Shown here: one piece after another, positions 61,215 through 64,000 of the stretch
How the letters are laid out: each line of letters opens with the position of its first letter
Position numbering within the stretch: the first letter of the stretch is position 1
Notes under the pieces: model-generated
What the model was told of the DNA's origin: nothing
Seen by the model: only the letters and a program-made list of their open reading frames with translations
Databases searched by the model: none
Made by a program: the position numbers and the translations under genes
Source of the DNA: Paragordius varius
Lineage: Eukaryota; Animalia; Nematomorpha
DNA length: 64,000 nt
Direction: 5' to 3'
Assembly: GCA_964247055.1 (NCBI GenBank)
Contig: OZ176051.1
Span: 8,618,001 to 8,682,000 of the forward strand

Positions 61215-62618
61215 CGATTTCCCAGTTTAAATAAACGTTTTCCCAGTCAATCGAAACATTTCCCCAATCAATCGAAACGTTTTCCCAGTCAATCGAAACG
61301 TTTTCCCATTTAATCGAAACATTTTTTCAGTCAATCGAAACGTTTTCCCAGTCAATCGAAACATTTTCCCAGTCAATAAAAACATTTTCCCAATCAATAA
61401 AAACGTTTTCCCAGTCAATAAAAACGGTTTTATTTTTGATGATAAATATTAAAATAAGAATATAAAAACAACTTTTAACCATTATTAGCGTAATATATGG
61501 AGATAATTTTTAATTAAAAACACAATCAAATGACAATTTTTCCAAGTATATTCCAGTGCACAATCATTAATGACTTATTCTTTAAATGTTATATTTTTGG
61601 AATATGAGTTAAGATAATATTTTTTATTTTATCGATGGTTCGCATTAATATTTGCGGAACGCTTCAGATAATTTTTAAATATGTCCGGTTCGATGAAAAT
61701 ACTGTCGGAAAAAATATCTAAACGAAAATATTTTTTGATAAAAATGTTTTTAATTTATAAATATTTAATAAAAAGGGCATTTGACTAAAACAAGGGTGTA
61801 ACTAAATGCCTTCGCGGGCCGCATTTTTAACTCAAGAGCATACGGTTCCCCATTCAAAATATATACGGGCATTCACATAATTTTTCGATTAATAAGACTG
61901 TAAAATACAAACCCAATATAACAATTTTTTTATTTCATTACCAATTTAATAGATTCATTCATAATAATTGCGTAAGAAATATGAATATTACTAAGATTTT
62001 GTGGGCATATTTTTGCATAAGGTTTTCCAAATTTTTTACGGCCCGCACAAAGATACTCGGAAGGCCGCCTTAGGCCCCCAACCAAATGTTAAATATTATA
62101 AAATTAGCGTAAAAATTTTGTTTAAGATCCAACATAAAGTGTTAAATGACCTTTGTGATAAAAATTGTATATTTTTAAAAATTTTACTACCTCCGTAACT
62201 AGAGATTTTTTAAGTTAGCCGCATATATTAATTCGAACCATCGATAAAATAAAAAATATTATCTTCACTCAAATTCCAAAAATTATAACATTTAAGAATT
62301 AGTCATTAATGATTGTGCACTGGAATATACTTGGAAAAATTGTCATTCAATAATTGTGTTTTAATAAAAATTATCTCCATATATTACGCTAATAATGGTT
62401 AAAAGTTGTTTTTATATTCTTATTTTAATATTTATCATCAAAAATAAAACCGTTTTTATTGACTGGGAAAACGTTTTTATTGATTGGGAAAATGTTTTTA
62501 TTGACTGGGAAAATGTTTCGATTGACTGGGAAAACGTTTCGATTGACTGGGAAAATGTTTCGATTGACTGGGAAAACGTTTCGATTGACTGGGAAAACGT
62601 ATTTAGACTGGGAAATGG
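61215..62618. mobile_element. Foldback-type element, family C (~440-bp TIRs; outer 21-bp array TTTTCCCAGTCAATCGAAACG, inner unique domain), with a hAT-like MITE in the loop
   Basis: TATA|CGATTTCCCAG ... CTGGGAAATGG|TATA. About 10 and about 8 array units. Inner arms ~61430-61657 and ~62219-62455 are reverse complements. Confidence 0.88.
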
Positions 62619-64000
62619 TATATATTTCAGAGTGTAAATTCAGGATTAATTTAGGTAAGTTTAGAAACTTATGTAAAAACATGAGATAAACGTCCATTCG
62701 ATACGGTTTATATTATATGTTTTTAAAATGAACATTTCGAAAAAAAATTTTGCTATCTATTTAAACTAATGTTTTATTATTGCGAGAAAGGCTTTTATTT
62801 TCTATCTCAGATACTGAACTAGATTCACCATTTTTTAACAAAATATTAGCTAGCTAGATGGTGCGCAAAAATCACGCACTTTTATTCAAAACTTATACTT
62901 TTTACACAAATTTTTATTTTTATTTTATTTAAAATTTCCAATTTTGCATTTACTACTCACTAAATAATAATAATATACAATCTAAGTAAATTATTGAAAC
63001 AACTTTATTTTCATAAAATAAACGAGAAAGTTGTGTTAATAAGGTTTGAAAAGCTAATTTTGAAGTTACAAAATAGATCCTCGGTATATCTGTGGTATTT
63101 TCATTTACATATTTAATAATATTTAATTAAATGATATTTATTTATAATTACGTTTAATATAAATAATCAGTTGAATATTAATTTTTAGTAATATTGTTAA
63201 TTATATATTTAATTAATAATCCTATGTTTGTTGGATGCCCAACGCATAAGGAATATAGAAAATTTATATTAAAATATAGACCTAATTGGTATTCCAGTAT
63301 ATCCACAGCTAAATTCAAAATAAAATTGTAATATCTTTATAAAAATGTGTCATAAAATTTTTTAGAAACCAAGTGAAGATGGTATTATTCCACTATGATT
63401 GAGGTAAACTATTTATTATCGATATAATTATATATATACCTGAAAATCTATGGTTTTTAATTTCACATAATATGGAACGCACTGGTGGATGAAATGATAA
63501 TTATGTAAAAATATTACTATTATTAATCAAATCCAAAACTATGGTTGAATACATAAGGACTAAAAAAATATTGAATTTAAAATATACGAATTCGAGCGAA
63601 TCCCATATGCTAAATAGAGTAATAATATTATTAGTAAATTATATTGTTAAATAATCTTTGAATGGTCTTACTTCGATTTGTGGTAGACCTTCAAAGCATA
63701 AATAAGTAACTATATAATAAAGTGCTTTAATTTGATCATTTAATTTGCCATTTTATTAATATTTTTAAATTATATTGATTAATAATATCTAAACCTAAAA
63801 GCAACATAAAAAATTAAAAATTGATGGATCTGATGCATGGAACCTATTAACCAAATAAATATTTGTTTCATGTTGCATTTGCAATGAAATAACAATTTTA
63901 TATTTTTAATCGCAATCAAACCTTTGTATTTACTACATATTAATTCCATAAATAATTATAGTATAAATCATTGGTACTAACCAAATCATCAAAAAAATTT

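Overview
Very AT-rich eukaryotic (metazoan-type) genomic DNA in the standard genetic code, with intron-rich genes and dense small DNA transposons. A reduced parasite such as a myxozoan is a guess only. The left half holds three recognisable genes. A striatin gene (minus, ATG 8184, 3' end unresolved near the window start) is head-to-head with a probable RIF1 (plus, 8331-19244), which converges on DDX42 (minus, 30789-19804). A young, intact, very compact Ty3/Gypsy LTR retrotransposon (9965-14206; apparently identical 213-bp LTRs, 5-bp TSD AAGTC, tRNA-His-type PBS, single 1267-aa gag-pol ORF) sits inside a coding exon of the RIF1-like gene. Removing it restores an open exon. Several introns are only 23-34 nt long. 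The right half looks like a gene desert but contains an intronless orphan membrane-protein ORF (39249-40520). It also holds scattered small exons that by manual alignment resemble two tandem divergent mucolipin/TRPML-like genes, plus Penelope and Gypsy relics and many MITE/foldback families. Three foldback families share a TA-CCATTT terminus but carry different 21-bp tandem arrays. All protein identifications are by eye from remembered homologues; no searches were run.
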